Notes: generated by a model from the sequence alone, not told the origin. Positions 18,931 through 28,984 are shown, counted from the stretch's first letter. The stretch: 64,000 bases of DNA from Gaiellaceae bacterium (GCA_035456125.1 DATIDT010000029.1:8694-72693), one strand, 5' to 3'. Program-made: numbers and translations.

Positions 18931-18938
18931 ACGCCGCG

Positions 18939-20129
18939 TTGAAGGTCGTCGCCGCAGGAGCCGGCGTCGCGGGCCTCGAGCTCGCGCTGGCGCTTCGAGC
19001 GCTTGCTGAAGACGCCGTCACGGTCGAGCTCGTCGCCCCCGAGACCGAGTTCGTCTATCGGCCCCTGGCGGTGGCGGAGCCGTTCCGCACGGACGACGTC
19101 CGGCGGTTCGGGCTCGAGCGGCTCGTCGAGGCAGCGGGCGCTTCACTCCGACCGGGCCGCGTGACGCGTGTCGAACCCGAGCGGAAGCAGGCCGTTGTGG
19201 ACGACGGCGAGGCCGTCGACTACGACGCATTCGTCCTCGCCGTCGGGGCAGGGACGCACGACGCGATCGACGGCGCGCTCACGTTCCGCGGCCCGCAAGA
19301 CGACCCTGCGCTCGCAGGGCTGCTAGAGCGCGCGACCGACGGCGAGCTGCGGCGGATCGCGTTCGTCGTGCCTGCGGGCATCAGCTGGCCACTGCCGATG
19401 TACGAGCTCGCCCTCCAGACGGGCACGTACCTGAGCGACCACGTCACGCGCGGTGTCGAGCTCGTGCTAGTAACGGCGGAGGAGCATCCGCTCGGCGTGT
19501 TCGGCCGCGAGGCGAGCAGCGCGATCGCTGAGCTCCTCGAGATCCGCGGCATCGAGGTCGAGCCGGGGCTCGCGGCGATGGCCTGGCACGACGGCGTCCT
19601 CGCCGTGGCCGGCGACGTCTCGATCGAGGCGGACGCCGTCGTCGCGCTCCCGCAGCTCGTCGGCCCGGCGCTGCCGCGCCTGCCTCACGACCGACTCGGC
19701 TTCGTGCCGACAGACCTCGAAGGACGAGTTACCGGCTTGACGGATGTCTACGCCGCCGGCGACGCGACACAGTTCCGGCCGAAGCAGGGCGGCCTCGCGA
19801 CGCAGCAGGCGGACGCCGTCGCCGCCGCGATCGCCCGCGATGCGGGCGCCGATGTCGCGCCGATGCCGTTCCGGCCGGTCCTGCGCGGCGTCCTCCTCAC
19901 GGGCTTCGTCCCGCGGTTTCTGCGTGCGGACATTCGCGAGGGGACGTCCGTCGTGGACACCGAGGCGTTGTGGTGGCCGCCGGCCAAGATCGTCGGCCAC
20001 TATCTGGCGCCGTTCCTGGCGGCGGAGCTCGGTCTGAGCTCGGAGTTGCCGGAGAGCGCCCGCCGAGGAGCCGTCGAGATCGAGGTCGAGCTCGACCCGC
20101 ACAGCGCCTCCGCCCACACCGGCGTCTGA
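18939..20129 (+). CDS. FAD-dependent pyridine-nucleotide-disulfide oxidoreductase (SQR/NDH-2-like)
   Basis: TTG start. KVVAAGAGVAGLE Rossmann motif at the N-terminus, later VYAAGDAT. Confidence 0.7.
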   Translation: MKVVAAGAGVAGLELALALRALAEDAVTVELVAPETEFVYRPLAVAEPFRTDDVRRFGLERLVEAAGASLRPGRVTRVEPERKQAVVDDGEAVDYDAFVLAVGAGTHDAIDGALTFRGPQDDPALAGLLERATDGELRRIAFVVPAGISWPLPMYELALQTGTYLSDHVTRGVELVLVTAEEHPLGVFGREASSAIAELLEIRGIEVEPGLAAMAWHDGVLAVAGDVSIEADAVVALPQLVGPALPRLPHDRLGFVPTDLEGRVTGLTDVYAAGDATQFRPKQGGLATQQADAVAAAIARDAGADVAPMPFRPVLRGVLLTGFVPRFLRADIREGTSVVDTEALWWPPAKIVGHYLAPFLAAELGLSSELPESARRGAVEIEVELDPHSASAHTGV

Positions 20130-20171
20130 CACGAAAAGACCGCCCCGGTGCGAGCGGCCTTCGAAAGGAAG

Positions 20172-20212
20172 GGGGCCGGCGCGTTACGCGGAAACCACCG
20201 GGCGCCGGCCCC
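20172..20212. terminator. Bidirectional hairpin between convergent genes
   Basis: GGGGCCGGCGC (20172-82) pairs with GCGCCGGCCCC (20202-12). 11-bp GC stem, 19-nt loop, no clear T-tract. Confidence 0.45.
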
Positions 20213-20226
20213 GTGTCTCGACGCGA

Positions 20227-20907
20227 TTACGCCTGCGCCGCAACCCGCCTGCGATGCAGCACTGCGAACGCCAGGATCACGAACCCGATCCCGGTCAGCA
20301 GCAGCGCCACTCCGACGACGATGCCGAACAGCCCCAGCCTGTCCGCCATGTAGGACGTGTTCAGCGCGGTCGTCAGCGCGGTCTCGGTCACCCAAAGGTC
20401 ACGGGCGCCGTTTGCGACGGGCTGCCCAGTGGCCTTGTCGATCAGCGCCCACTGCGCGTTGTCCGTGCCTCCGCCGACGGCCAGCTGCGCCTTCGGCGCG
20501 TTGGGCTTCGCGGCGAAGCGGCCCATCTGCGCGTACGTGTAGCCACCCGTCGCCTCGAGGGCGTGGATGCGCATGTACCCAGCGAATGCGCGTGCCCGGT
20601 CGCCGCTGTTAATCGCCTTGCCGGCGACGGAAACGGTCGGCAGGCTGATCGCGTTCACGTCGAGCCCCGCCTTCTGCGCCTCGGTCTTGATCGTCGACGG
20701 CGTCATGTCGGAGCTGCCGACGATCTTCTCCTGCTTGAGGCTGTCGGACACGGTCGAGCGTCCCTGGAAGCCCATGAAGATCGCGACGACGCCGAAGGTG
20801 ATGAGAACGGCGCCTGCCACGAAGCCGCCCCATTCCAGCACCTTGCGGAATGTGTCGTTCTTGACGGGAGCGTCCGTCTCTACCCGGTTTGCTGCGATGG
20901 TGCTCAT
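20227..20907 (-). CDS. Bitopic/two-TM membrane protein with a ~150-aa extracytoplasmic domain, unknown function
   Basis: AAGGAGGATTC RBS then MSTIAANRV.... TM near the N-terminus (GGFVAGAVLITFGVVAIFMGF) and the C-terminus (LGLFGIVVGVALLLTGIGFVILAF). Confidence 0.7.
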   Translation of the reverse strand: MSTIAANRVETDAPVKNDTFRKVLEWGGFVAGAVLITFGVVAIFMGFQGRSTVSDSLKQEKIVGSSDMTPSTIKTEAQKAGLDVNAISLPTVSVAGKAINSGDRARAFAGYMRIHALEATGGYTYAQMGRFAAKPNAPKAQLAVGGGTDNAQWALIDKATGQPVANGARDLWVTETALTTALNTSYMADRLGLFGIVVGVALLLTGIGFVILAFAVLHRRRVAAQA

Positions 20908-21092
20908 CTTGAATCCTCCTTGGGTGGTGGTTCCGGGATTGCTCCGCAGTGAAGCCGCCGGCACGCGCGCCGCCATCCGCGAGCAGCCGCCGATCTGCTG
21001 GGGCTGAGCCGCGGAGTCGGTGCGGCTTTTCCGCAACGCCGTGCCGGGCAGAGACCGATGGCGGGCGGCCCGGGCGCGAGGAAGCTGAACGC

Positions 21093-22694
21093 ATGGGCGT
21101 CGCAACGGAGACCGCAATCCGGCCGATCGCGGCCGTCGCCGGCGACCTCGGCCTGGACGACGAGCACGTCGAGCCGCACGGCCGCTACACAGCGAAGATC
21201 AATCTCGCGGCGCTCGGCGCCGCACCGCGCGACGGCAAGCTCGTCTGCGTCACCGCGGTCACCCCGACGAAGGCCGGCGAGGGCAAGACGACCACTGCCA
21301 TCTCCCTGGCCGACGCGCTCGGACTGGGCGGCGACAACCCCGTCCTGTGCCTCCGGGAGCCGTCCCTCGGCCCGGTGTTCGGGCTGAAGGGCGGTGGGAC
21401 GGGCGGCGGCCGCGCGCAGGTCTTCCCGCCGGAGCTCGTGAACCTCCACTTCACCGGCGACATTCACGCCATCGGCGCGGCCAACAACCTGCTGGCCGCG
21501 CTCGTCGAAGCGCATCTGCTGCACGGCAACGAGCTGCGCATCGATCCTCTGTCGATCAGCTGGCGGCGCTGCCTCGACATGGACGACCGCGCCCTGCGTC
21601 GCATCGTCGTCGGGCTCGGAGGCCGTGCGAACGGAGCGCCGCGCGAGACGGGCTTCGACATCACCGCCGCCTCCGAGGTGATGGCGATCGTCGCAGTGTC
21701 GCAAGACTACGACGACCTCCGTGCGCGGCTCGGCGCAATCACCGTCGCGCGCGACGCCGCAGGCGAGCGGGTGACCGCGGAGCAGCTGCGCGCCGCCGGT
21801 GCGATGGCGGCGCTTCTGGTCGACGCCCTCAAGCCGAATCTCATCCAGACGCTCGAGGGCGTGCCGGCACTCGTCCACTGCGGACCGTTCGCGAACATCG
21901 CCCACGGCAACAACTCGATCGTCGCCGACATGCTCGGGCTCGAGCTCGGCGACTACGTCGTCACCGAGAGCGGCTTCGGCGCGGAGATGGGCTTCGAAAA
22001 GTTCGTCGACATCGTTTGCGGCCTCGGAGACATGCGCCCGGCGGCGGTCGTCGTCGTCGCGACGACGCAGGCGCTCGAGCATCACGGTGCCGACGGCGCG
22101 AACCTGGAAGCGAACCTGCGCATCGTCCGCGAGGTCGGGATCGAGCCGGTCGTGGCGATCAACCGCTTCCCGACTGACACGCGAAGCAAGACGAACGCGC
22201 TCAGGAAGGTGGCCCTCGAGCTCGGCGCGTACGCGGCCGAGGTCAACGACGGCTACGAGCACGGCGGCGCGGGCGCGGCGGCGCTGGCCGAGGCGGTGAA
22301 GGCGGCCGCCGCGCGGCCCGCGGAGGTCCGCCCGCTCTACGCCGGCGGCGACCCGTTGCGGCGCAAGCTCGAGGCGGTCGCACGGAAGGCCTACGGTGCC
22401 GCCGACGTCGAGCTGGCCCCGGCGGCCGTGAAGCAGCTGAGACAGCTCGAGGCGGACGGCCTCGACCACCTGCCGGTGTGCATCGCGAAAACGCATCTGT
22501 CGCTCTCGCACGACCCGAACGCCCTCGGCGCGCCGCGTGGTTTCACACTCCCCGTCAGAGAGCTCAGGCCGTATACGGGCGCCGGCTGGATCGTCGCGCT
22601 GTGCGGCGACATGCAGACGATGCCGGGCCTGCCCTCGAAGGCCGCTGCCTTCGAGATCGACGTCGACGGTGAGACGATTCGCGGCTTGCGTTGA
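21093..22694 (+). CDS. fhs: Formate--tetrahydrofolate ligase
   Basis: GAGGAAG RBS. VTAVTPTKAGEGKTTT P-loop, ...HCGPFANIAHGNNS..., ...ICIAKT.. pattern. Confidence 0.9.
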   Translation: MGVATETAIRPIAAVAGDLGLDDEHVEPHGRYTAKINLAALGAAPRDGKLVCVTAVTPTKAGEGKTTTAISLADALGLGGDNPVLCLREPSLGPVFGLKGGGTGGGRAQVFPPELVNLHFTGDIHAIGAANNLLAALVEAHLLHGNELRIDPLSISWRRCLDMDDRALRRIVVGLGGRANGAPRETGFDITAASEVMAIVAVSQDYDDLRARLGAITVARDAAGERVTAEQLRAAGAMAALLVDALKPNLIQTLEGVPALVHCGPFANIAHGNNSIVADMLGLELGDYVVTESGFGAEMGFEKFVDIVCGLGDMRPAAVVVVATTQALEHHGADGANLEANLRIVREVGIEPVVAINRFPTDTRSKTNALRKVALELGAYAAEVNDGYEHGGAGAAALAEAVKAAAARPAEVRPLYAGGDPLRRKLEAVARKAYGAADVELAPAAVKQLRQLEADGLDHLPVCIAKTHLSLSHDPNALGAPRGFTLPVRELRPYTGAGWIVALCGDMQTMPGLPSKAAAFEIDVDGETIRGLR

Positions 22695-23857
22695 GCGCCG
22701 CCAGCGCAAGCGGTAACGTCGAGCTGCTGAGTGAGCGCCCGGACTCCGCGCTTGTCATCCCGCTCGACGGGCTGGACGAGCTTGTCACGGTTCTGCGAGA
22801 GCGCGGCTACCGCGTGATCGGGCCGAAGGCCCGCGACGGCGCGATCGTCTACGACGACATCGCCGGCGCGGCCGACCTCCCGGCCGGCTGGGGCGACGAG
22901 CAGGACGCCGGCTCGTACCGGCTCGTCCGCCGCGCCGACGACGCGCGCTTCGGGTACGCCGTCGGTCCGCATTCGTGGAAGCAGTTCCTCCAGCCGCCGC
23001 ACGTCCGCCTCTGGCAGGCGGAGCACGACAGCGCGCTCGAGCAGGAACCGGAGCCCGACCGGCCGCTGGCGTTCGTCGGCGTGCGCGGGTGCGACCGGCA
23101 CGCGATCGCGATCCAGGATCGCGTACTGCTCGGAGGGCGCTACGCCGACGACGACTACGCCGCGCGCCGCGACGGCGCGTTCGTCGTCGCCGTCGACTGC
23201 GCGGAGCCCGCCGGCACGTGCTTCTGCGTCTCCATGGACACCGGCCCCGGCGTCGAGGACGGTTTCGACCTCGCGCTGACGGAGCTGCTGGACGGCGAGC
23301 ACCGCTTCCTCGTCCGCGTCGGCAGCGAACGGGGCGCCGACGTGCTGTCGGAGGTGTCCTCCCGCGCTGCCGAGCCCGACGAGCTCTCCGCGCGCGCGGG
23401 GATCGTCGAGCAGGCAGCCCAGCGGATGGGGCGCGAGCTGGACACGACAGGGCTGCGCGAGCTGCTGCAGGACGCGCTGGAGCATCCGCGCTGGGACGAG
23501 GTCGCCGAGCGCTGCCTCACGTGCGGGAACTGCACGATGGTCTGCCCCACCTGCTTCTGCACGACGGTCGAGGACGTGACGGATCTCGGCGGCGAGCACG
23601 CGGAGCGCTGGCGTTCGTGGGACACGTGCTTCTCGCTCGACCACTCGTACATGCACGGCGGCAGCGTGCGCGCGACCGGTCGCTCGCGTTACCGGCAGTG
23701 GCTGACGCACAAGCTCGGCACCTGGTGGGACCAGTTCGGGACGAGCGGCTGCGTCGGCTGCGGCCGGTGCATCGCGTGGTGCCCGGTCGGCATCGACATC
23801 ACGGAGGAGGCGGCGGCGCTGCGGGCGTCGCCGGCAGGCGATGGCGCGCGGGCTTGA
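22691..23857 (+). CDS. hyhB: Hydrogenase beta subunit, AsrA/HydB-like 2x[4Fe-4S] protein
   Basis: TTG start overlapping the fhs stop (TTGA). [16 protein letters not shown] and [12 protein letters not shown] motifs. Confidence 0.8.
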   Translation: MSAASASGNVELLSERPDSALVIPLDGLDELVTVLRERGYRVIGPKARDGAIVYDDIAGAADLPAGWGDEQDAGSYRLVRRADDARFGYAVGPHSWKQFLQPPHVRLWQAEHDSALEQEPEPDRPLAFVGVRGCDRHAIAIQDRVLLGGRYADDDYAARRDGAFVVAVDCAEPAGTCFCVSMDTGPGVEDGFDLALTELLDGEHRFLVRVGSERGADVLSEVSSRAAEPDELSARAGIVEQAAQRMGRELDTTGLRELLQDALEHPRWDEVAERCLTCGNCTMVCPTCFCTTVEDVTDLGGEHAERWRSWDTCFSLDHSYMHGGSVRATGRSRYRQWLTHKLGTWWDQFGTSGCVGCGRCIAWCPVGIDITEEAAALRASPAGDGARA

Positions 23858-24305
23858 CGCGGTCGTCCTCGACGCGCCGGTCTTCTCCGGTATCGGCGAC
23901 GAGAATGCGGCGCAGCTCGCGGGTTGTGCCCGCACGACCGGCTGGGCCGACGGCGAGACGCTCTTCCGCGAGGGCGATTCCGCCGACACGTTCTACGTCG
24001 TCAGGCGCGGCCGCGTCGCGCTCGAGCTGTTCGTCCCGAACCGCGGGCCGCTGACGATCGAGACGATCGAGCCGGGCGAGGTGGTCGGCTGGTCGTGGTT
24101 GTTCCCGCCGTACCGCTGGCACTTCGACGGCCGCGCCGTCGGCGGGGTGCGAGCGATCCAGGTCGACGGCGCCTGCCTTCGGGACAAGTGCGACGCCGAC
24201 CCGGTGCTCGGCTACGAGCTGATGCGGCGCTTCTCCCAGGTGATGCTCGAACGGCTCCAGGCGACGCGCCTGCGGCTCGCCGACGTCTACGCGGTTCCGC
24301 GATGA
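23841..24305 (+). CDS. Stand-alone cyclic-nucleotide-binding (cNMP) domain protein, no HTH
   Basis: 154 aa. ...[22 protein letters not shown]...GEVVGWSWL... beta-roll pattern. Overlaps hyhB by 17 nt and is ATGA-coupled to hyhG. Confidence 0.75.
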   Translation: MARGLDAVVLDAPVFSGIGDENAAQLAGCARTTGWADGETLFREGDSADTFYVVRRGRVALELFVPNRGPLTIETIEPGEVVGWSWLFPPYRWHFDGRAVGGVRAIQVDGACLRDKCDADPVLGYELMRRFSQVMLERLQATRLRLADVYAVPR

Positions 24306-25117
24306 GCGTCATGACGCCGAGCACCTATCTGGTCAGCGGCCGGCGGCGCGAGACGGCGGACACGTTCACGCTCGAGCTCGAGCCGCGGAACGGCGGCATC
24401 CCCGCGCCGCAGCCGGGTCAGTTCACGATGCTGTACGCGTGGGGCGTCGGCGAGGTGCCGATCTCCGTGAGTGCGGTCGAGAACGACGGGAGGCTCGTCC
24501 AGACGATTCGCGACGTCGGGGCCGTCACGCACACGCTCTGCGCGCTCGAGCAGGGAACGACGCTCGGAGTGCGCGGGCCGCTCGGCCGCGGCTGGCCGGT
24601 CGAGGAGCTCGCAGGCGCGGACGTCGTGGTCGTCGCGGGCGGGCTCGGTCTCGCGCCGCTGCGGCCGGCGGTGCACGCGCTGATCACGAAGCGCGACCTG
24701 TTCGAGCGGCTCGTGCTGCTGTACGGAGCGCGCACGCCGGGCGACCTGCTCTTCCTCGATGAGCTGGAGCGCTGGGCGGAGGGCGGCTTCGACGTGCAGC
24801 TGACCGTCGACGCAGCCGATGCGGACTGGGACGGCCCCGTGGGCGTGGTCGGCAAGCTCGTGGCCCGCGGCGAGTTCGACCCGGCATCCGCCGCCGCGTT
24901 GATGTGCGGGCCGGAGGTGATGATGCGGTTCACCGCAGCGGCGCTCGCGGAGCGCGGGGTCGCTCCGGAGCGGACGTACGTCTCGCTCGAGCGGTCGATG
25001 AAATGTGGCGTCGGGCAGTGCGGCCATTGCCAGATCGGCCCGACGCTCGTGTGTGTCGACGGGCCCGTGTACTCGTGGGCAGAGATGGCTCGATGGCTGT
25101 CGGTGCGGGAGCTCTAG
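24302..25117 (+). CDS. hyhG: Hydrogenase gamma subunit, FAD/NAD(P)-binding with C-terminal [2Fe-2S] (AsrB/PyrK-like)
   Basis: GQFTMLY...PISVS (FAD), [12 protein letters not shown] (NAD(P)), [14 protein letters not shown] cluster motif. Confidence 0.85.
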   Translation: MSVMTPSTYLVSGRRRETADTFTLELEPRNGGIPAPQPGQFTMLYAWGVGEVPISVSAVENDGRLVQTIRDVGAVTHTLCALEQGTTLGVRGPLGRGWPVEELAGADVVVVAGGLGLAPLRPAVHALITKRDLFERLVLLYGARTPGDLLFLDELERWAEGGFDVQLTVDAADADWDGPVGVVGKLVARGEFDPASAAALMCGPEVMMRFTAAALAERGVAPERTYVSLERSMKCGVGQCGHCQIGPTLVCVDGPVYSWAEMARWLSVREL

Positions 25118-25872
25118 TGGGCGCGAAGCCGACGCTCGCCGTCTGGAAGTTCACGTCGTGCGACGGCTGCCAGCTCAGCCTGCTCGACCTCGAGGACGAG
25201 CTGCTCGCGATCGCCGGGGAGCTCGAGATCGCCCAGTTTCTCGAAGCGTCGAGCGCGACGGTCGCAGGGCCGTACGACGTGTCGCTCGTCGAGGGCTCGA
25301 TCACGACGCCCCACGACCGCGAGCGGATCCGCGAGATCCGCGACGCGTCCGGGTTCCTGATCTCGATCGGCGCGTGCGCCACTTCCGGCGGGATCCAGGC
25401 GCTCCGCAACTTCGCCGACGTCGAAGGCTTTCTCAGCGCTGTGTATGCAACGCCCGAGTACGTCGCGACGCTCGACACGTCGACGCCGATCTCCGATCAC
25501 GTCGCCGTCGACCTCGAGCTCCAGGGTTGCCCGATCAACAAGCGCCAGCTGCTCGAGGTGATCACCGCCTTCCTGCGCGGGCGACGGCCCAACGTCCCGG
25601 CGTACTCGGTGTGCGTCGAGTGCAAGCGCCGCGGGACGCCGTGCGTGATGGTGGCGCGGGGCGTCGCGTGCCTCGGGCCCGTCACGAACGCCGGCTGCGG
25701 CGCGCTCTGCCCGGCGTATGCCCGCGGCTGCTACGGCTGCTTCGGCCCGAAGGAGCAACCCAATCTCGCCTCCCTGACGGCGTGGTGGGTCGACGAGCTC
25801 GCCGTCGAGCCGCCGGCGGTCGATCGTGCGCTCCAGACGTTCAACGTCGAGAAGTTCAGGCGCACGGCATGA
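25117..25872 (+). CDS. hyhS: NiFe hydrogenase small (delta) subunit, group 3 type
   Basis: [45 protein letters not shown] Cys motifs. GTG at 25117 overlaps the hyhG stop; an ATG at 25093 is an alternative. Confidence 0.8.
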   Translation: MGAKPTLAVWKFTSCDGCQLSLLDLEDELLAIAGELEIAQFLEASSATVAGPYDVSLVEGSITTPHDRERIREIRDASGFLISIGACATSGGIQALRNFADVEGFLSAVYATPEYVATLDTSTPISDHVAVDLELQGCPINKRQLLEVITAFLRGRRPNVPAYSVCVECKRRGTPCVMVARGVACLGPVTNAGCGALCPAYARGCYGCFGPKEQPNLASLTAWWVDELAVEPPAVDRALQTFNVEKFRRTA

Positions 25873-27164
25873 CCACCACGCGCCGGACGATCCAGACGGA
25901 CTATCTCGCGCGGGTCGAGGGCGAGGGCGCGATGACCGTCCGCCTGGTCGACGGCCAGGTGGAGGACGTCGAGCTCCGCATCTTCGAGCCGCCGAGGTTC
26001 TTCGAGGCGATGCTCCGCGGACGCTCGTTCCGCGAGGCTCCGGACATCACCGCGCGCATCTGCGGGATCTGCCCCGTCGCGTACCAGACGAGCGCCGTCA
26101 ACGCGATGGAGGACGTCTGCGGCGTGACGGTGCCCGAGCCGATCCGGATGCTGCGGCGGCTCCTCTACTGCGGCGAGTGGATCGAGAGCCACGCGCTGCA
26201 CGTCTACATGCTCCACGCACCCGACTTCCTGGGCTACGACGGCGCGGTGCAGATGGCACAGGAACATCCGCGCGAGGTGGAGCGCGGCCTCGCGCTGAAG
26301 AAAACGGGCAACGAGCTGATGGCTCTGATCGGAGGACGCGAGATCCATCCGATCAACGTCCGCGTCGGGGGCTTCTACCGCGCGCCGACGCAAGCCGAGC
26401 TCCGCACGCTCGTCGATCCGCTCGAGCGCGCGCGAGCGGCGGCGCTCGAGACCGTGCGCTGGACCGCGTCGTTCGGGTTCCCCGAGCGTGAGGTGCCCTG
26501 CGAGCTGGTCGCGCTCTCGGACCCGCGGGCCTACGCGATCGAGAACGGCCGCATCGTCTCCGACCGCGGCCTCGGAATCGGGCCCGGCGAGTACGACGGG
26601 CAGTTCGTCGAGGAGCACGTCGAGCGCTCGAACGCGCTCCATTCGCGGCGCACCGACGGGACGACGTACCTCTGCGGCCCGCTCGCGCGCTACACGCTCG
26701 GCTCCGACCGGCTGTCGCCGGCGGCGCGCGAGGCGGCACGCGCTGTCGGCCTCGGCGACGACTGCCGTGACGCCTTCCGCAGCATCGTCGTCCGCAGCGT
26801 CGAGCTCGTCTACGCGTGCGACGAAGCGCTGAGCCTGATCGCCGCCTACGAGGAGCCGGAGCAGCCCGCAGTCGACGTGGAGCCGGTGGCCGGCACCGGC
26901 TACGGCGTCAGCGAGGCACCGCGCGGGCTCCTGTACCACCGGTACCGCCTCGACGCCGACGGGACGATCCGCGATGCAAAGATCGTGCCGCCGACGTCGC
27001 AGAACCAGCTCGCGATCGAGGACGACCTGCGCGGCGTCGTCTCGAGCTACGCGGAGCTGCCGGACGACGACCTGCGGGACCTCTGCGAGCAGACGATCCG
27101 GAACTACGACCCGTGCATCTCGTGCGCGACGCACTTCCTCACGCTCGAGGTGGAGCGGCGGTGA
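25869..27164 (+). CDS. hyhL: NiFe hydrogenase large (alpha) subunit
   Basis: ATGA coupling. N-terminal [10 protein letters not shown] and C-terminal DPCISCATH Ni-Fe ligand motifs. Confidence 0.9.
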   Translation: MTTTRRTIQTDYLARVEGEGAMTVRLVDGQVEDVELRIFEPPRFFEAMLRGRSFREAPDITARICGICPVAYQTSAVNAMEDVCGVTVPEPIRMLRRLLYCGEWIESHALHVYMLHAPDFLGYDGAVQMAQEHPREVERGLALKKTGNELMALIGGREIHPINVRVGGFYRAPTQAELRTLVDPLERARAAALETVRWTASFGFPEREVPCELVALSDPRAYAIENGRIVSDRGLGIGPGEYDGQFVEEHVERSNALHSRRTDGTTYLCGPLARYTLGSDRLSPAAREAARAVGLGDDCRDAFRSIVVRSVELVYACDEALSLIAAYEEPEQPAVDVEPVAGTGYGVSEAPRGLLYHRYRLDADGTIRDAKIVPPTSQNQLAIEDDLRGVVSSYAELPDDDLRDLCEQTIRNYDPCISCATHFLTLEVERR

Positions 27165-27625
27165 GCATCGTCGTGATCGGCGTAGGCAACCGCCTGCGCG
27201 GCGACGATGCGGCCGGCCCGGCGGTCGCCGACCGCGTCCGCGCACAGGCGCCCGGCAACGTCGACGTGCGCATCTGCGAGCAGGAGCCGTCGCGGCTGCT
27301 CGATGCGCTCGCGGGCGCCGACGTCGCCTTCGTCGTCGACGCCGTCTCGACCGGTGCCGCCCCGGGCACGCTCCACCGGTTCGACGCGAGCACCGCGCCG
27401 GTCCCGAGTCGCGAGCTGCGCTCGTCCACGCATGCGCTCGGCGTCGGGGAGTCCCTCGAGCTGGCACGGGCGCTCGGGCGCCTGCCCCGGCGAACCGTCG
27501 TCTTCGGCATCGAAGGCCGTGCCTTCCTCGCCGGCGGCGAGCTGAGCCGGGCAGTAGAAGAGAGCGTGGAGCGCGCCGCCGCGTCTGTCCTCGAGGAGGT
27601 GGCGCAGTGCACGAACGAGCCGTGA
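27161..27625 (+). CDS. Hydrogenase maturation endopeptidase (HycI/HyaD family)
   Basis: GTGA coupling. [19 protein letters not shown]..., ...VDAV...GTLHRF..., STHALG motif. Confidence 0.8.
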   Translation: MSIVVIGVGNRLRGDDAAGPAVADRVRAQAPGNVDVRICEQEPSRLLDALAGADVAFVVDAVSTGAAPGTLHRFDASTAPVPSRELRSSTHALGVGESLELARALGRLPRRTVVFGIEGRAFLAGGELSRAVEESVERAAASVLEEVAQCTNEP

Positions 27626-27876
27626 TGCGGCAGCTGGTGCGACGGGTGGTCGAAGTTGCGGGCGAGGAGAACGCCGACGCGGTGACAGCGATCCGGGTGC
27701 GCCTCGGAGCGCTGTCGCACTTCACGCCGGAGCATTTTCGCGAGCACTTCCTCGACGCAGCGCGCGGCACACCGGCGGAAGGCGCGGCCGTCGATGCCGT
27801 CGTCTCCACGGACCGAACTGCCGCGCACGCCGACGGCGTGGTGCTCGAGAACGTCGAACTGGAGGTGTCGCCCTGA
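27607..27876 (+). CDS. hypA: HypA-like nickel metallochaperone lacking the Zn(Cys)4 domain
   Basis: GTG start gives (M)HE N-terminus ([11 protein letters not shown]...). 89 aa with no CxxC pairs anywhere. Overlaps the protease gene by 19 nt. Confidence 0.6.
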   Translation: MHERAVMRQLVRRVVEVAGEENADAVTAIRVRLGALSHFTPEHFREHFLDAARGTPAEGAAVDAVVSTDRTAAHADGVVLENVELEVSP

Positions 27877-28091
27877 TGTGCATCGGATCGATCCAGGTGC
27901 TGGAGGACGCGTGGGAGGAGGGCGGCGCGCGCGTCGGTCGACTCGCAAACGGCACCCTCGTCACGCTCGCGTTCGTGCCTGCTGCAGAGCCCGGCGTGCA
28001 CGTCATCGTGCATCTGGGCATTCCCGTCGAGGTGCTCTCGGCCGAAGAGGCCGAGACCGCGCCCGACCTCCATGCAGGAGCGCAGCTGTGA
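27876..28091 (+). CDS. hypC: HypC/HupF hydrogenase assembly chaperone
   Basis: MCIGSIQVLE... N-terminal Cys2 motif, ...GVHVIVHLGIPVEVLSAEEA.... Confidence 0.8.
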   Translation: MCIGSIQVLEDAWEEGGARVGRLANGTLVTLAFVPAAEPGVHVIVHLGIPVEVLSAEEAETAPDLHAGAQL

Positions 28092-28984
28092 GCCGCCGCT
28101 CGACGGGAATCGCCATCGCGTTCGTGACCGCGTGCATCAGCGGCGTATCGATCTGGGTCAACTCCCACGCGGTCGCACGATTCGACGACGCCACCGTGTA
28201 TACGACGGCGAAGAACGCCGTCGCCGGCCTGCTCCTGCTCGCGCTCGCGCTTCCACTCCTCCGTCGCGCCGGTAACGGTGCTGCAGCCGTCCCCTCACGC
28301 CTCAGGCCGGCGCTGCTTGCCGTCGCCGTCGTCGGCGGCAGCGTGCCGTTCGTCCTCTTCTTCGAGGGGCTCGCCCGTGCCGAGGCGACGCAGGCGGCAT
28401 TCATCCAGAAGACACTCGTCGTCTGGGTGGCGTTGCTGGCGATCCCGCTGCGGCGCGAGCGGATCGGCATCGCCCACGTCGCCGCGATCGTGTTCGTGAT
28501 CGCCGGACAGGCCGTGCTGGCGGGCAGCGCGGGCACGGTCGTCTTCGGGACGGGCGAGGCCATGATCCTCGCGGCGACACTGCTCTGGGCAGTCGAGGTC
28601 ATGCTGGCGAAGCGACTGCTCGACGACGTCGCCGTACGCGTGTTGGCCGTGGCGCGGATGGTCCTGGGAACGGTCCTGCTGCTCGCGTGGCTCGTGGTGT
28701 CGGGGCGCGCGGACGACTTCGTCCGGCTCCCGGCGTCGCAATGGAGCTGGGCGCTGCTGACGGGCGTCCTGCTCGGCGCTTATGTCGCGACGTGGTACGC
28801 GGCGCTGGCGCGGGCTCAGTGCGTGGACGTGACCGCGGTGCTCGTCTTCGGGGCGGTCGTCACAGCGTTTCTCGCCCAGGCCGCCGACGGCGTGGCCTTC
28901 GACGCGCTCGGCGTCGTGCTCGTCACCGTCGGCGTCGCGCTCGCAGCCGTCGCCGGGAGCCGTCCGAGCTTGCGAACGGCATGA
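28088..28984 (+). CDS. EamA/DMT-family transporter (10 TM)
   Basis: GTGA coupling to hypC. Two EamA-like halves with about 10 hydrophobic helices. Confidence 0.8.
   Translation: MSRRSTGIAIAFVTACISGVSIWVNSHAVARFDDATVYTTAKNAVAGLLLLALALPLLRRAGNGAAAVPSRLRPALLAVAVVGGSVPFVLFFEGLARAEATQAAFIQKTLVVWVALLAIPLRRERIGIAHVAAIVFVIAGQAVLAGSAGTVVFGTGEAMILAATLLWAVEVMLAKRLLDDVAVRVLAVARMVLGTVLLLAWLVVSGRADDFVRLPASQWSWALLTGVLLGAYVATWYAALARAQCVDVTAVLVFGAVVTAFLAQAADGVAFDALGVVLVTVGVALAAVAGSRPSLRTA

Noticed and set aside
20904-22709. 601-aa minus-strand ORF, and similar giants (3000..4178-, 4499..6313+, 13233..16019+, 22391..23989-, 25731..28073-, 47880..49733+, 34598..36085-)
   Set aside because: All are Arg/Ala/Asp-rich, lack any domain signature, and lie antisense to genes with strong motifs (fhs, hydrogenase, GH65, ABC, kinase).
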